A DNA stretch of 64,000 nucleotides from Alphaproteobacteria bacterium (GCA_965205265.1 CBDBGH010000003.1:512001-576000), one strand, 5' to 3'. Counted from the stretch's first letter, positions 1 to 9,338 are shown. Notes: generated by a model from the letters alone, not told the origin. Made by a program: numbers and translations.

Positions 1-1
1 C

Positions 2-937
2 TTCGAGGGCGTCGCCATCGGCAACCACCTCTCCTACGGCGACACCGCCTGGTTCCCGCCGCTGGAGACCCTGCTCCATCTCGCGCCCGAGGCCGGGGAC
101 ATGCAGCTCGCCACCTGCATGCTCATCCTGCCGCTCTACCATCCCTTCCAGATCGCCGAGCAGGCGGCGCTGCTGGATGCGGTATCCGGCGGCAGGTTCA
201 CGCTCGGCGTGGCGCCCGGCTGGCAGCGGGACGAATTCGAGTTGATGGGCCTCGATTTCGGGCGCCGGATCGGCCGCTACCTGGAAGGGGTCGATTTGGT
301 CCGCCGGCTGTTCACGGAGGAGGCGGTGAACTTCGCCGGCAGGCATTTCACCGCGGAGGACCTGACCCTTGCGCTCAGGCCCGCGCGCCGGCCCCGGCCG
401 CCCATGTGGTTCGGCGGCAGCGTCGATGCGGCGGTGGAGCGGGCCGGCCGGCTGGCCGACACGCGCCTCGGCGACAGCTGGGTCGCCTCCTCGCATCTGG
501 TGGGCGATGTCGTCAGGCGCCAGGCGGACTGCTTCCGCGAGACGCTGGAGGCGCTCGGCAAGCCCATGCCCGCCCGCTTCCCGATGCTGCGCAATATCGT
601 CGTCGCGCCGGACCGGGAGACGGCGGTCCGCGAGGCGGGGCCGTTCCTGGAGGCGAGCTACCGGGTCTTCGACCGGTGGGGCCTGTTCCGCACCATCGGC
701 GGCGTCGGCAAGGAAGAGCCGGATCTCGACGAGCTGCTCGCCGGGCGGGTGGTCATGGGCTCGCCGGAGGAAGTCGCGGATGCACTGCTCTCGCTGGCGG
801 AAGCGACCGGCTGCAACCGCATCGTGACGCGCATCCAGTGGCTCGGCATGGACCAGCGGCTCGTGCTCCGCAGCATCGACTTGCTCAGCGAGCGGGTTCT
901 GCCGATGCTCCGCAGGGAAACGCGCGGCGAAGCCTGA
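2..937 (+). CDS. LLM-class flavin-dependent oxidoreductase (luciferase-like), 5'-truncated by window edge
   Basis: Frame is open from position 2 (FEGVAIGNHLSYG...) into ORF 101..937; motifs HPFQIAEQAALLDAVSGGRFTLGVAPGW and VMGSPEEV. Confidence 0.9.
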   Translation, partial: FEGVAIGNHLSYGDTAWFPPLETLLHLAPEAGDMQLATCMLILPLYHPFQIAEQAALLDAVSGGRFTLGVAPGWQRDEFELMGLDFGRRIGRYLEGVDLVRRLFTEEAVNFAGRHFTAEDLTLALRPARRPRPPMWFGGSVDAAVERAGRLADTRLGDSWVASSHLVGDVVRRQADCFRETLEALGKPMPARFPMLRNIVVAPDRETAVREAGPFLEASYRVFDRWGLFRTIGGVGKEEPDLDELLAGRVVMGSPEEVADALLSLAEATGCNRIVTRIQWLGMDQRLVLRSIDLLSERVLPMLRRETRGEA

Positions 938-950
938 GGAAGAGGGTGCG

Positions 951-1391
951 ATGACGGAGATTCACAGGGGCGGCTGCCATTGCGGCAATATCCGCGTGGC
1001 CTACCGCACGGCGAAGCCCGTCGCGGAATGGCCGATCCGGGCCTGCCAGTGCAGCTTCTGCCGCAAGCACGGCGTGCGCGCGACCGGCGACCCCGACGGG
1101 CTGCTGGAGATCGCGATTGCCGACGAGGCGAAGGTGGACCGCTACCGCTTCGGCCTCGGCATCACCGACTTCCTCATCTGCCGGGCCTGCGGCGTCTATG
1201 TCTCGGCGCTGGTGGAGGAGCCGGACGGCCTGCTGGCGACCCTGATCGTCAACACGCTCGACCTGCCGCAGGACGAGTTTCCCGACCCGATCCCGGCTCA
1301 CTATGACGATGAGAACGAAGAACAGCGCCTCGCAAGACGCCGCCTGCGCTGGACGCCGGCTGCCATGGTTCCGCCGGCGGCGCCCGCCTGA
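951..1391 (+). CDS. GFA / CENP-V family Zn-binding protein
   Basis: GGCHCGNIR, CQCSFCRKHG and FLICRACGV cysteine motifs; purine-rich RBS upstream. Confidence 0.9.
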   Translation: MTEIHRGGCHCGNIRVAYRTAKPVAEWPIRACQCSFCRKHGVRATGDPDGLLEIAIADEAKVDRYRFGLGITDFLICRACGVYVSALVEEPDGLLATLIVNTLDLPQDEFPDPIPAHYDDENEEQRLARRRLRWTPAAMVPPAAPA

Positions 1392-1426
1392 CGACGCAAG
1401 AATCCGACTACTGGGAGGAAGTTTCC

Positions 1427-2401
1427 ATGCCGCTCGACAGCCCCGTCATCGTGGACGGCCTGATCGTTTCCGACTGGAGCCGCGAGGTCTTCGAGGAGAT
1501 GCGCGACGGCGGGCTCACCGCCGCCAATTGCACCTGCGCCGTCTGGCACAATTTCCGCGAGACGATGGACAATATCGCCGCCTGGCAGGGATATTTCCGC
1601 GACCATAGCGACATTCTGGCCCAGGCCCGCTCGGTCGCCGACATCCGCGCGGCGAAGGAGGCGGGCAGGGTCGCCATCTTCCTCGGCTGGCAGAACAGCT
1701 ATCCCATCGAGGACCGGGTGGACTACCTGCCGCTCTTCCACGATCTCGGCGTGCGCGTGATCCAGCTCACCTACAACACGCAGAACCTCGTCGGCTCCGG
1801 CTGCTGGGAGAGCCGGGACAGCGGCCTCTCGGATTTCGGGCGCGACGTGATCGACGAGATGAACCGCCTCGGCATGCTGGTCGATCTCAGCCATGTCGGC
1901 GACGGGACGAGCCGCGACGCCATCCTGCATTCGAAGCAGCCGGTGGCCTACACGCACTGCGCGCCCAACGCGCTCTACGACCATCCGCGCAACAAGCCGG
2001 ACGAGATGCTGAAGCTGATCTCCGACCGGGGCGGCTTCACCGGCGTCGTCGCCTACACGCCCTTCATGGCGCAGCAGGGCGAGGCAACGGTGGACGACGT
2101 GGTGGCGCTGCTCGACCACACCATCCGCGTGGCGGGGGAGGAGAACGTCGGCATCGGCACCGACTTCACCCAGGGCCACGGCGTCGGCTTCTTCGAATAT
2201 CTGCGCTCCGACAAGGGCCGCGGCCGCGCGCTCTCCGCGCCCATGGCCAACCGCCCGCCCAATCCGAAGGGCCTCGACGGCATGCGCGACTACCCGAACC
2301 TGATCGCTGCCATGGACCGCGCCGGCTGGCCGGACGCGCGGATCGAAAAGGTCGCCGGAGAAAACTGGCTGCGGTTTCTGGGGGAGGTGTGGCGGGGCTA
2401 G
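1427..2401 (+). CDS. Membrane dipeptidase-like protein (peptidase M19)
   Basis: GVRVIQLTYN, GLSDFGRDVIDEMNRLGMLVDLSH, HPRNKPDE and VGIGTDF motifs; GGAGG RBS. Confidence 0.9.
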   Translation: MPLDSPVIVDGLIVSDWSREVFEEMRDGGLTAANCTCAVWHNFRETMDNIAAWQGYFRDHSDILAQARSVADIRAAKEAGRVAIFLGWQNSYPIEDRVDYLPLFHDLGVRVIQLTYNTQNLVGSGCWESRDSGLSDFGRDVIDEMNRLGMLVDLSHVGDGTSRDAILHSKQPVAYTHCAPNALYDHPRNKPDEMLKLISDRGGFTGVVAYTPFMAQQGEATVDDVVALLDHTIRVAGEENVGIGTDFTQGHGVGFFEYLRSDKGRGRALSAPMANRPPNPKGLDGMRDYPNLIAAMDRAGWPDARIEKVAGENWLRFLGEVWRG

Positions 2402-2484
2402 GGCATTCGTGACGATACAGATCGGATCGATTCCGCCATCCATCTATACGCCAGGCCCGCAGCGCTTGGGTGACTCCGGACGGG

Positions 2485-3207
2485 TTACATCGCCACGCCC
2501 AGTTGCCGCGCCATGTCGGGGAAGCTGTCGGCGACGATGTCGTGGGCCGGATTCGGGTCGCGGTCGGGCGGGCCTTCGGGGCCCCACTCGTCGGGCCGCT
2601 TCACGAACGCGGTCCTGAAGCCGCAGCCCTTCGCGGCGTCGAGGTCGAAATTGTGGCAGGCCACCATGCATATTTCGCCCGGTTCCAGCTGCAGGAACTT
2701 TGCGACGGCGTTGTAGGCCTCCGGCAGAATTTTGTACTTGCCGATCGCCTCGCAGGAGAAGACGGCGTCCCAGCCAAGCCCGTTGCGCCTTGCCGTGTCC
2801 ATGATGATCCGGAAGCTGAGGATCGTGAACGATGCGCACAGGAATTTCTCGCGGAGCTTCGGCAGGGTGGCCGGGAAATCGGGCCAGCACTGCAGATTGT
2901 GCATCGTGTCGTAACCGATCGCGCGGCGCTCGTTCTCGGTGAAGGCGTCGAGTCCGTGCTCCTCGACAAGGCTCTCCAGCGCCATCCGGTGGGCGTCGTC
3001 GATGTTGTAGGCCGGCGGCTCCCTTTCGCCCAGATTAATCATCTTCCCGAGCGAGCGGCGCCGGAACTCGTTGGCGATATGAGCCCAGTCCTTCTCGATC
3101 CCGTGCCTGGCGCCGGTCTCGGCCAATGCGCCTTTGACGCCGGAATGCCAGTCGAGAATGGTCCCGCCCGTGTCGAAAGTCAGGGCCTTAACACCTGCCA
3201 GGCTCAT
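2485..3207 (-). CDS. Haloacid dehalogenase type II (HAD family)
   Basis: KALTFDTGGTILDWHSG motif I and ICMVACHNFDLDAAKGCGFRTAFV; start taken at MSLAGVK after GGGGAGG. Confidence 0.85.
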   Translation of the reverse strand: MSLAGVKALTFDTGGTILDWHSGVKGALAETGARHGIEKDWAHIANEFRRRSLGKMINLGEREPPAYNIDDAHRMALESLVEEHGLDAFTENERRAIGYDTMHNLQCWPDFPATLPKLREKFLCASFTILSFRIIMDTARRNGLGWDAVFSCEAIGKYKILPEAYNAVAKFLQLEPGEICMVACHNFDLDAAKGCGFRTAFVKRPDEWGPEGPPDRDPNPAHDIVADSFPDMARQLGVAM

Positions 3208-3322
3208 TGCGGCCTCCCCCGAAATTGCTACGGCAACAATTTCATGCGCCGCCGCCAACCGCAATCGGCGGCTTCGCGAGCGGGCATTCTCCGTTCCGCC
3301 TGAGTGCGGGCCTGTTCGCGCT

Positions 3323-4510
3323 TCACGTGACCCGCGCGCGGGTCTGGTATTTCGGGTCGCGCCAGAGTTCCTGCGCGATCACGGTTTCGAGAGTTTCGGC
3401 GGCTGCCAGCACGTCCGCCTCGTCGATATAGAGGGGCGTGAAGCCGAAGCGCATGATGTCGGGCGCGCGGAAGTCCCCGATCACGCCCCGGTCGATCAGC
3501 GCCTGCATCGCCGGATAGCCGTGCTCGAAGGCGAAGGAGACCTGCGAGCCGCGTTCGGCCGGGTTGCGCGGCGAGGCCAGCGCGAGGCCCGGGCAGCGGG
3601 CCTCGACCTCGGCGATGAACCGTTCCGAGAGCGCGATGGAGGCCGCGCGAATCTCCGCCATATCGACGCCCTCCCACACATCCAGCGCCCGGTCGAGGAT
3701 GGCGAGCTGCACGATGGACGGCGTGCCGACCCGGAGCCGCTCGGTTGACATGGCGGGGCGGTAGCTCCGCTCCATGGCGAAGGGCGCCTCATGGCCGAGC
3801 CAGCCGGCCAGCGCCGGCTCCACCGCCTCGACGATATCCGGGCGGACATAGATGAAGGCCGGGGCGCCGGGCCCGCCGTTCAGATATTTGTAGGTGCAGC
3901 CGACGGCGAACTCGGCCCGGCACCCGGCCATGTCGATGGGCACCGCGCCGGCGCTGTGGGCGAGGTCCCAGATCGTCACCGCGCCCGCGGCGCGGGCGGC
4001 CCGGGTGATGGCGTCCATGTCGTGCATCCGGCCGGTGCGGTAGTCGACCTGCGTCAGCATGACCGCCGCCACGTCGTCGGCAATGCAGTCCGGCACGGCT
4101 TCGGGCGCCGGCGTGCGCAGCTCGTAATCCTTGCCGATAGTGCGGATCAGCCCCTCGGCCATGTAGAGGTCGGAGGGGAAATTGCCCGAGTCGGAGAGAA
4201 TCGCTTTGCGGCCGGGACGCATGCTGAGCGCGGCTGCAAGCGCCTGATAGACCTTGATCGAGAGTGTGTCGCCGGTTGCGACGGAGCCTTGCGGCGCGCC
4301 GATCAGCGGGGCGATCCGGTCGCCCACACGGTTCGGAAGCGCCATCCAGCCGGCCGTGTTCCAGGCGCGGATGAGCTCCTTCGCCCATTCCTCGCCGATC
4401 ACGGTCTGCGCGCGTTCGAGAGCGCCCTTCGGCAGCGGCCCCAGGGAGTTGCCGTCGAGATAGACCACCCCGTCGGGCAGGTGGAAAAGCTCTTTCCTCG
4501 GCAGGTTCAT
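3323..4510 (-). CDS. kynU: Kynureninase
   Basis: VYLDGNSLGPLP, WDLAHSAGA, PLP-lysine motif GCTYKYLNGGPGAPAF, RGSQVS, GDFRAPD. Confidence 0.95.
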   Translation of the reverse strand: MNLPRKELFHLPDGVVYLDGNSLGPLPKGALERAQTVIGEEWAKELIRAWNTAGWMALPNRVGDRIAPLIGAPQGSVATGDTLSIKVYQALAAALSMRPGRKAILSDSGNFPSDLYMAEGLIRTIGKDYELRTPAPEAVPDCIADDVAAVMLTQVDYRTGRMHDMDAITRAARAAGAVTIWDLAHSAGAVPIDMAGCRAEFAVGCTYKYLNGGPGAPAFIYVRPDIVEAVEPALAGWLGHEAPFAMERSYRPAMSTERLRVGTPSIVQLAILDRALDVWEGVDMAEIRAASIALSERFIAEVEARCPGLALASPRNPAERGSQVSFAFEHGYPAMQALIDRGVIGDFRAPDIMRFGFTPLYIDEADVLAAAETLETVIAQELWRDPKYQTRARVT

Positions 4511-4513
4511 GGC

Positions 4514-4709
4514 TCAGAAGTCTCCGCGCGCATACCGGAATTCGCTCTTCCGGCGCCGGACGGTGAACGGCATCCCGTCATGGACATCGCTCAGCGGACG
4601 CTGCCGGCCGGGCAGGCGGTCCCGCTTCGGATAGCCGCTGCAGGACATCGCCTCGGCGGGAGCCGCCTGCGCGCCGCCAGCACCCCGGATCGTAAGCCCC
4701 GCCGCTCAT
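4514..4709 (-). pseudogene. kynA: Degraded, internally deleted tryptophan 2,3-dioxygenase remnant
   Basis: With one frameshift reads MSGGAYDP/GAGGAQAAPAEAMSCSGYPKRDRLPGRQRPLSDVHDGMPFTVRRRKSEFRYARGDF*, resembling the TDO N-terminus (MSY.DYL.LD.LL..Q.PLS..HDEMLFI.QHQ.SELW) joined to its C-terminus. AAGGA RBS; the stop lies 3 bp before the kynU ATG. Confidence 0.7.
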
Positions 4710-4885
4710 GGAGTTCCTTCCGGCCTGCACCGTCGGACCTTGTTGTATCCCGAAGCGGCAGGCCTGTCGTCATGCGCGCGGTTTGCGAGTCTGCCGGGGA
4801 CGGGCGCCCGATTGACGGCGGAGCCGGTCGCCATATGCTCGGCCCGGGCCGGTCTTCGTGTCGGCGTGAACAAGGGGAAATCTCA

Positions 4886-6022
4886 ATGAAACCGGGTCGG
4901 GTGGCGTTCGGGCGGATGGAGGCGGTGAGCTTCGGCGCGCCGCTGGAGCAGGCGGTAGCCGAGGAGGCGGAGCGGCTGGGTGCGGAGCGCATCTTCCTGA
5001 TGGTGAGCGGTACGCTGGGCCGCGAGACCGGCGAGATCGAAAAGCTGCGCCGCGCGCTCGGCAACAAGGTTGCGGGCCAGTTCGACCGCATGAGGCCGCA
5101 CACGCCCCGCGGCGACGTGATCGACGCGGCGGACACCGCCCGCGCCGCCGATGCCGACCTCATCGTCACCTTCGGCGGCGGCTCGCTGACCGACGGCGCG
5201 AAGGCGGTGCGGATGTGCCTTGCCAACGATATCCGCAAGCCGGAGGAGATGGACGCGCTGCGCGATCCGGCGGCCGGGCCCGCGATTCCGCAGGTCTCGA
5301 TTCCGACCACGCTTTCGGCCGGCGAGTTCAGCGCCATTGCGGGCGTCACGGACGAGCGCGTGAAGCTGAAGGAGCTGTTCCGCCATCCGGACGCCATCCC
5401 GAGCGCGGTCATTCTCGACCCGGCGCCGACCGTGCACACGCCGGAATGGCTCTTCCTCTCGACGGGCGTGCGCGCGGTGGACCATTGCGTCGAGGGGGTG
5501 TGCTCCGGCGAGGCGCATGCCTATGGCGACGCGCAGGCGCTCCGCGGGCTGGCGCTGCTGACGGAGGGCCTCGCGCGGGTGAAGGCGGACCCGGCCGACA
5601 TCGAGGCGCGGCTCGACTGCCAGGTGGGCTCGTGGCTCTCGATGGCGCCGCTCGCTAGCGGCGTGCCGATGGGCGCCAGCCACGGCATCGGCTATGTGCT
5701 GGGCGCGGTGTTCGACACGCCGCACGGCCACACCTCCTGCATCATGCTGCCCTTCGTGATGCGCTGGAACCGCTCGGCCAATGCGGAACGCCAGAAGCTG
5801 GTGGCCGCGGCGATGGGCCACCCGGATGCGGATGCGGGCGACCTGCTGGACCGTTTCATCGCCGGCCTCGGCATGCCGCGCAGCCTCTCGGCCGCGGGCG
5901 TCGGGCGCGAGCATTTCGGGATGATCGCGGAACAGGCGATGGGCACCCCCTGGGTGCCGCGCAACCCGCGCCCCATCGAAGGGCCCGCGCAGGTCATGGA
6001 AATCCTGGAGCTGGCGGCCTGA
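4886..6022 (+). CDS. Iron-containing alcohol dehydrogenase (maleylacetate reductase-like)
   Basis: TFGGGSLTDGAK, IPTTLSAGEF, DHCVE, MGASHGIGY and PHGHTS motifs; ATG at 4886 after AAGGGG (the ORF-track start at 3791 is spurious). Confidence 0.9.
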   Translation: MKPGRVAFGRMEAVSFGAPLEQAVAEEAERLGAERIFLMVSGTLGRETGEIEKLRRALGNKVAGQFDRMRPHTPRGDVIDAADTARAADADLIVTFGGGSLTDGAKAVRMCLANDIRKPEEMDALRDPAAGPAIPQVSIPTTLSAGEFSAIAGVTDERVKLKELFRHPDAIPSAVILDPAPTVHTPEWLFLSTGVRAVDHCVEGVCSGEAHAYGDAQALRGLALLTEGLARVKADPADIEARLDCQVGSWLSMAPLASGVPMGASHGIGYVLGAVFDTPHGHTSCIMLPFVMRWNRSANAERQKLVAAAMGHPDADAGDLLDRFIAGLGMPRSLSAAGVGREHFGMIAEQAMGTPWVPRNPRPIEGPAQVMEILELAA

Positions 6023-6405
6023 GGCCGCCGCTCCGGCAGACGGCAGCAAGAGGAGACGCGCGGCCATGCCGATCATCGACGCGCAGGTGCATGCCTATGA
6101 ACGCGACCGGCCCGGCCGGCCCTGGGCGGGCACGCTTGCCGGGCCGGCGGAGGTCACCGGCTCCGACATGGTGGCCGCTATGGATGCGGTGGGCGTGGAC
6201 GGGGCGGTGCTCGTCTCGCCTTACTCCATGTACCGCTATGACGAGAGCTACGCGCTGCAGGTGTATGCGGAGCATCCGGGCCGCTTCTGCCTCGTCAAGC
6301 CGGTCGATCCGGAGGGGTGCACGTCCTGATTTTGCGAGGTTGAGAAATGCCATGGTTCCGCCACGATATCTGTTTCTTATATTCGGGGGGCAGATGGAGG
6401 CGGAC

Positions 6406-6825
6406 ATGGCCAGGACCGATCACGACGGCCTCGTCGAACAGCGTGGCGAGCTGCTGCGGGAGATTGCGGGCATCGGCGACCTCCGTCAGGGTTCGCTCAG
6501 GGCACAGTACCGCAAGTGCGGCAAACCGAACTGCCATTGCGCGGTCGAGGGGGCGCAGGGGCATGGCCCCTACTGGTTGTTGACCTGGCCGGACAGGGAG
6601 ACGGGGAAGTCCCGCGGCCGCACCGTTCCCGCCGACGCCATTGAGGGAACGCGGGCGCAGATCGCGGAATACCAGCGGCTTCGCGGTCTGGTGCGCGCGC
6701 TTGTCGAGGTCAGCGGCCGGATATGCGATGCCAGGCTGGACGCGGACAAGCCGGCCGCGCCGGGAAAAAGGGGGGTCTCGACGCAGCGATCGCGGAGGAG
6801 GTCGAGGCCGAGGTCGAGTGGCTGA
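6406..6825 (+). CDS. IS ORF A (DUF6788-like, Cys/His motif)
   Basis: GGAGG RBS; LRQGSLRAQYRKCGKPNCHC...GHGPYW motif. Confidence 0.8.
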   Translation: MARTDHDGLVEQRGELLREIAGIGDLRQGSLRAQYRKCGKPNCHCAVEGAQGHGPYWLLTWPDRETGKSRGRTVPADAIEGTRAQIAEYQRLRGLVRALVEVSGRICDARLDADKPAAPGKRGVSTQRSRRRSRPRSSG

Positions 6826-8105
6826 TCGGCGCGGGCGTCGTCGATGACTTCCAGGCGATCGAGATCGAAGCGCGGCGGGTTGCGTTGCAGATCATGGGGC
6901 AGGCCGTCGCCCACAGGCTCAATGCCGACCGTTCCGACAACCGGGGACCGTGGCTGTCGTGTGCGTGCGGCGGCGAGGCGCGCTTCGCCGGCCGCCGGCC
7001 CAAGACCTTCACCACCGCTCTCGGCCCTCTGACGCTGGAGCGCGCCTGGTATCACTGCGACCGTTGCCACCGCGGCTTCAGCCCGCGTGATCGAACCCTC
7101 GGCATGCAAGATACTTTCCTCTCACCGGCGGCGCTGCGCATGATCGGCGTTGCTGCTGCCCGTACCAGCTTCGAGGGCTCCAGCGCCCTGTTGCGCGAAC
7201 TGGCAGGCCTGGCTGTCGCGCCGAAGACGGTCGAACGCCATGCCGAGGCGCTCGGGCGAGAGATCGCAGGCGACGAATGCCGCGTGATCGAACCCGAGCC
7301 GTCCGACGCCCCCACCCTCTATCTCGGCCTCGACGGCACCGGCGTGCCGGCGCGCAAGACCGAGGTCGAGGGCCGCGCGGGCAAGCAGCCCGACGGCTCC
7401 GCCAGCACCCGCGAGGCCAAGCTCGCCGTCGTGTGGTCGGCGGAGACCGTCGACAGGGAGGGGCGTCCGGTGCGCGATCCCGGCTCCGCCACCTACAACG
7501 CCGCCATCGAATCCATCGCCACCCGCGAGTTCGACCCCGAGCCCGCGCCCTTCGCCCGGCGTGTCATCCGCGAGGCCGAACGCCGCGGCTTCGACACGGC
7601 CGAGCGCCGGGTCATCCTCGGCGACGGCGCGCCGTGGATCTGGAACTTCGCCGATGAGCACTTCCCCGACGCCATCCAGATCGTCGACATCTTCCATGCC
7701 AAGGGCCACCTGTTCGACGCAGCCAAGGCGATCTACGGGATCGGCAGCGAGATCGGTGAGCGATGGGCCGGGAAGCGGCGCGAGGAACTCGACGAGGGCC
7801 GCGTCGACGAGGTGATCGCCGCCCTCAAGGGCCATGCCGAAACTTGCGAGAACGCCCGGAAGAACGCCGAGTACTTCTCCAACAACCGCGAGCGCATGAA
7901 CTACCCGAAGTTCCGCGCGATGGGCTTGTGCGTGGCCAGCGGCGTGGTCGAGGGCGGCTGCAAGAACATCGTCGGCGCCCGCCTCAAGCAGGGAGGTATG
8001 CGCTGGACCGTCAACGGCGCCAACGCCATCATCGCCCTGCGCTGCGCCGTCGAGAGCAATCGCTTCGACGACTTCTGGGAACGACGAGCCGGCGCAATAC
8101 CATGA
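6723..8105 (+). CDS. ISKra4-family DDE transposase (ORF B, probably fused to ORF A by -1 frameshift)
   Basis: CACG...YHCDRC Zn finger, LYLGLDGTGVP, ILGDGAPWIW, VDIFHA, SGVVEGGCK, RLKQGGMRW. Confidence 0.9.
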   Translation: MRCQAGRGQAGRAGKKGGLDAAIAEEVEAEVEWLIGAGVVDDFQAIEIEARRVALQIMGQAVAHRLNADRSDNRGPWLSCACGGEARFAGRRPKTFTTALGPLTLERAWYHCDRCHRGFSPRDRTLGMQDTFLSPAALRMIGVAAARTSFEGSSALLRELAGLAVAPKTVERHAEALGREIAGDECRVIEPEPSDAPTLYLGLDGTGVPARKTEVEGRAGKQPDGSASTREAKLAVVWSAETVDREGRPVRDPGSATYNAAIESIATREFDPEPAPFARRVIREAERRGFDTAERRVILGDGAPWIWNFADEHFPDAIQIVDIFHAKGHLFDAAKAIYGIGSEIGERWAGKRREELDEGRVDEVIAALKGHAETCENARKNAEYFSNNRERMNYPKFRAMGLCVASGVVEGGCKNIVGARLKQGGMRWTVNGANAIIALRCAVESNRFDDFWERRAGAIP

Positions 8106-8738
8106 ATCTCACAAATACGACGTGCACCCGATCCGGAGGACCCCGGCGTTGCCGAGACGGTCGCGGACTGGGCGAAGGTGGAAGGCGCGGTCGCGGCGCG
8201 GATCATGATGGCTTACGGGGTTTCGAGGGATCCCGACCATGCGGGCGTCTCGCGCGTGCTGCGCGCGGCGGCCGGCGCCGGGCTGCCGGTCAACCTGCTC
8301 TGCTGGGGCATCCTGGACCAGGCGCTGGCGCTTGCAAGGGCGCATCCGGACACACAGCTCGTCATCGACCATCTCGGCCTCCGGCAGCCTTTCGACCCGC
8401 CCGCGCCGCCGGAGCCCTTTGCCGACCTGCCGGCGCTGCTGGCGCTGGCGGAGTGCGGGAATGTCGTCGTCAAGATCACGGGCGCCTGCACGCTCAGCCG
8501 CGCGCCTTACCCCTTCGACGATATCTGGGACCCGCTCGCGCGCATCTTCGAGGCATTCGGCATCGACCGCTGCCTCTGGGGCACGGACTGGACCCGGGCC
8601 GTCAACCTCATCACCTATGAGGAGGGCGTCGAGCCGTTCCGCCGGACGGACAGGCTGACGGAAAGCGAGCGCGCCGAACTGATGGGCGGCACCCTCCAGC
8701 GGGTCTATGGCTGGTCGCCCTCGGCGGCCTGAACGTCT

Positions 8739-9297
8739 CCTCCGACAAGCTCAGGACAGGCTCCTCCGTCATACCCGGACTTGTTCCGGGTATCTCTTCC
8801 CGCTGCTTCCGCCGGGCGGCCGTATGGATACCCGGAACAAGTCCATTGCTGTCCGGTTCAGGATTTGCGGGCAGGGCGCATGGCTTGGATTCAACCGGGT
8901 TTCGAGGGGTTCGGCGGGATCGGGACCCGGATCGACGCCCGGCGGCCCGGCCCCCAAGTCGTCATGCCCGACCCCCATATCGTCATGCCCGGACTTGTTC
9001 CGGGCATCTCCCTCCACCGCTTCTCCCGGGGCGGCCGTATGGATACCCGGAACAAGTCCGGGTATGACGAAAGAGCCTGCCCTGAGCCTGCCGAAGGGGG
9101 GCGTTCGAGCCTCACGGGCAAGGGGCGGATCGCAGACGCCGCGCGCCCCCGAAACCCCCGGCGGACCCCCGTTCAGCCTCACCCAATGGCTGAACCGGAC
9201 AGCAATGGACTTGTTCCGGGCATCTCCCTCGGGGGCCATGGCGGCGGCGAAAATGGATGCCCGGAACAAGTCCGGGCATGACGAAGGGGGGCGTTCG
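8739..9297. repeat. Nested cluster of REP-like palindromes with an internal MITE-like element
   Basis: Three GTCATRCCCGGACTTGTTCCGGGYATC...GGATRCCCGGAACAAGTCCGGGYATGAC-type hairpin units (8768-8843 and 9208-9282 each truncated, 8982-9068 complete); perfect 18-bp IR CATTGCTGTCCGGTTCAG at 8844-8861 and 9190-9207; second IR family at 8739-8763 / 9073-9097. Confidence 0.85.
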
Positions 9298-9338
9298 GGC
9301 ATTATGGAAGCGGACCGGATCCCGCATAGACGCTATTC

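Larger units (their letters stand above)
6315..8129 (+). mobile_element. ISKra4-family insertion sequence, 1815 bp
   Basis: Terminal IRs GGGTGCACGTC (6315) / GACGTGCACCC (8129), imperfectly extending to ~25 bp; perfect 9-bp direct repeat GATCCGGAG at 6306-6314 and 8130-8138; transposase inside. Confidence 0.92.
6066..8732 (+). pseudogene. Amidohydrolase_2 family protein interrupted by an IS (6066-6314 + 8139-8732)
   Basis: N-half IIDAQVHAY...KPVDPE; removing the IS and one duplication copy restores the frame (KPVDPEDPGVAETVADW...VIDHLGL...LWGTDW), giving ~280 aa. Confidence 0.9.

Noticed and set aside
3791-4885. Long N-terminal extensions in the ORF track (743-aa Fe-ADH; also the 802-, 945-, 993-, 1141- and 852-aa ORFs) suggesting fusion proteins
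   Set aside because: The extensions overlap other real genes; true starts lie downstream at the family N-terminus, most with an RBS.
8768-9282. Possible CRISPR array
   Set aside because: Repeats alternate in orientation, spacing is irregular and there are no cas genes; REP-like instead.
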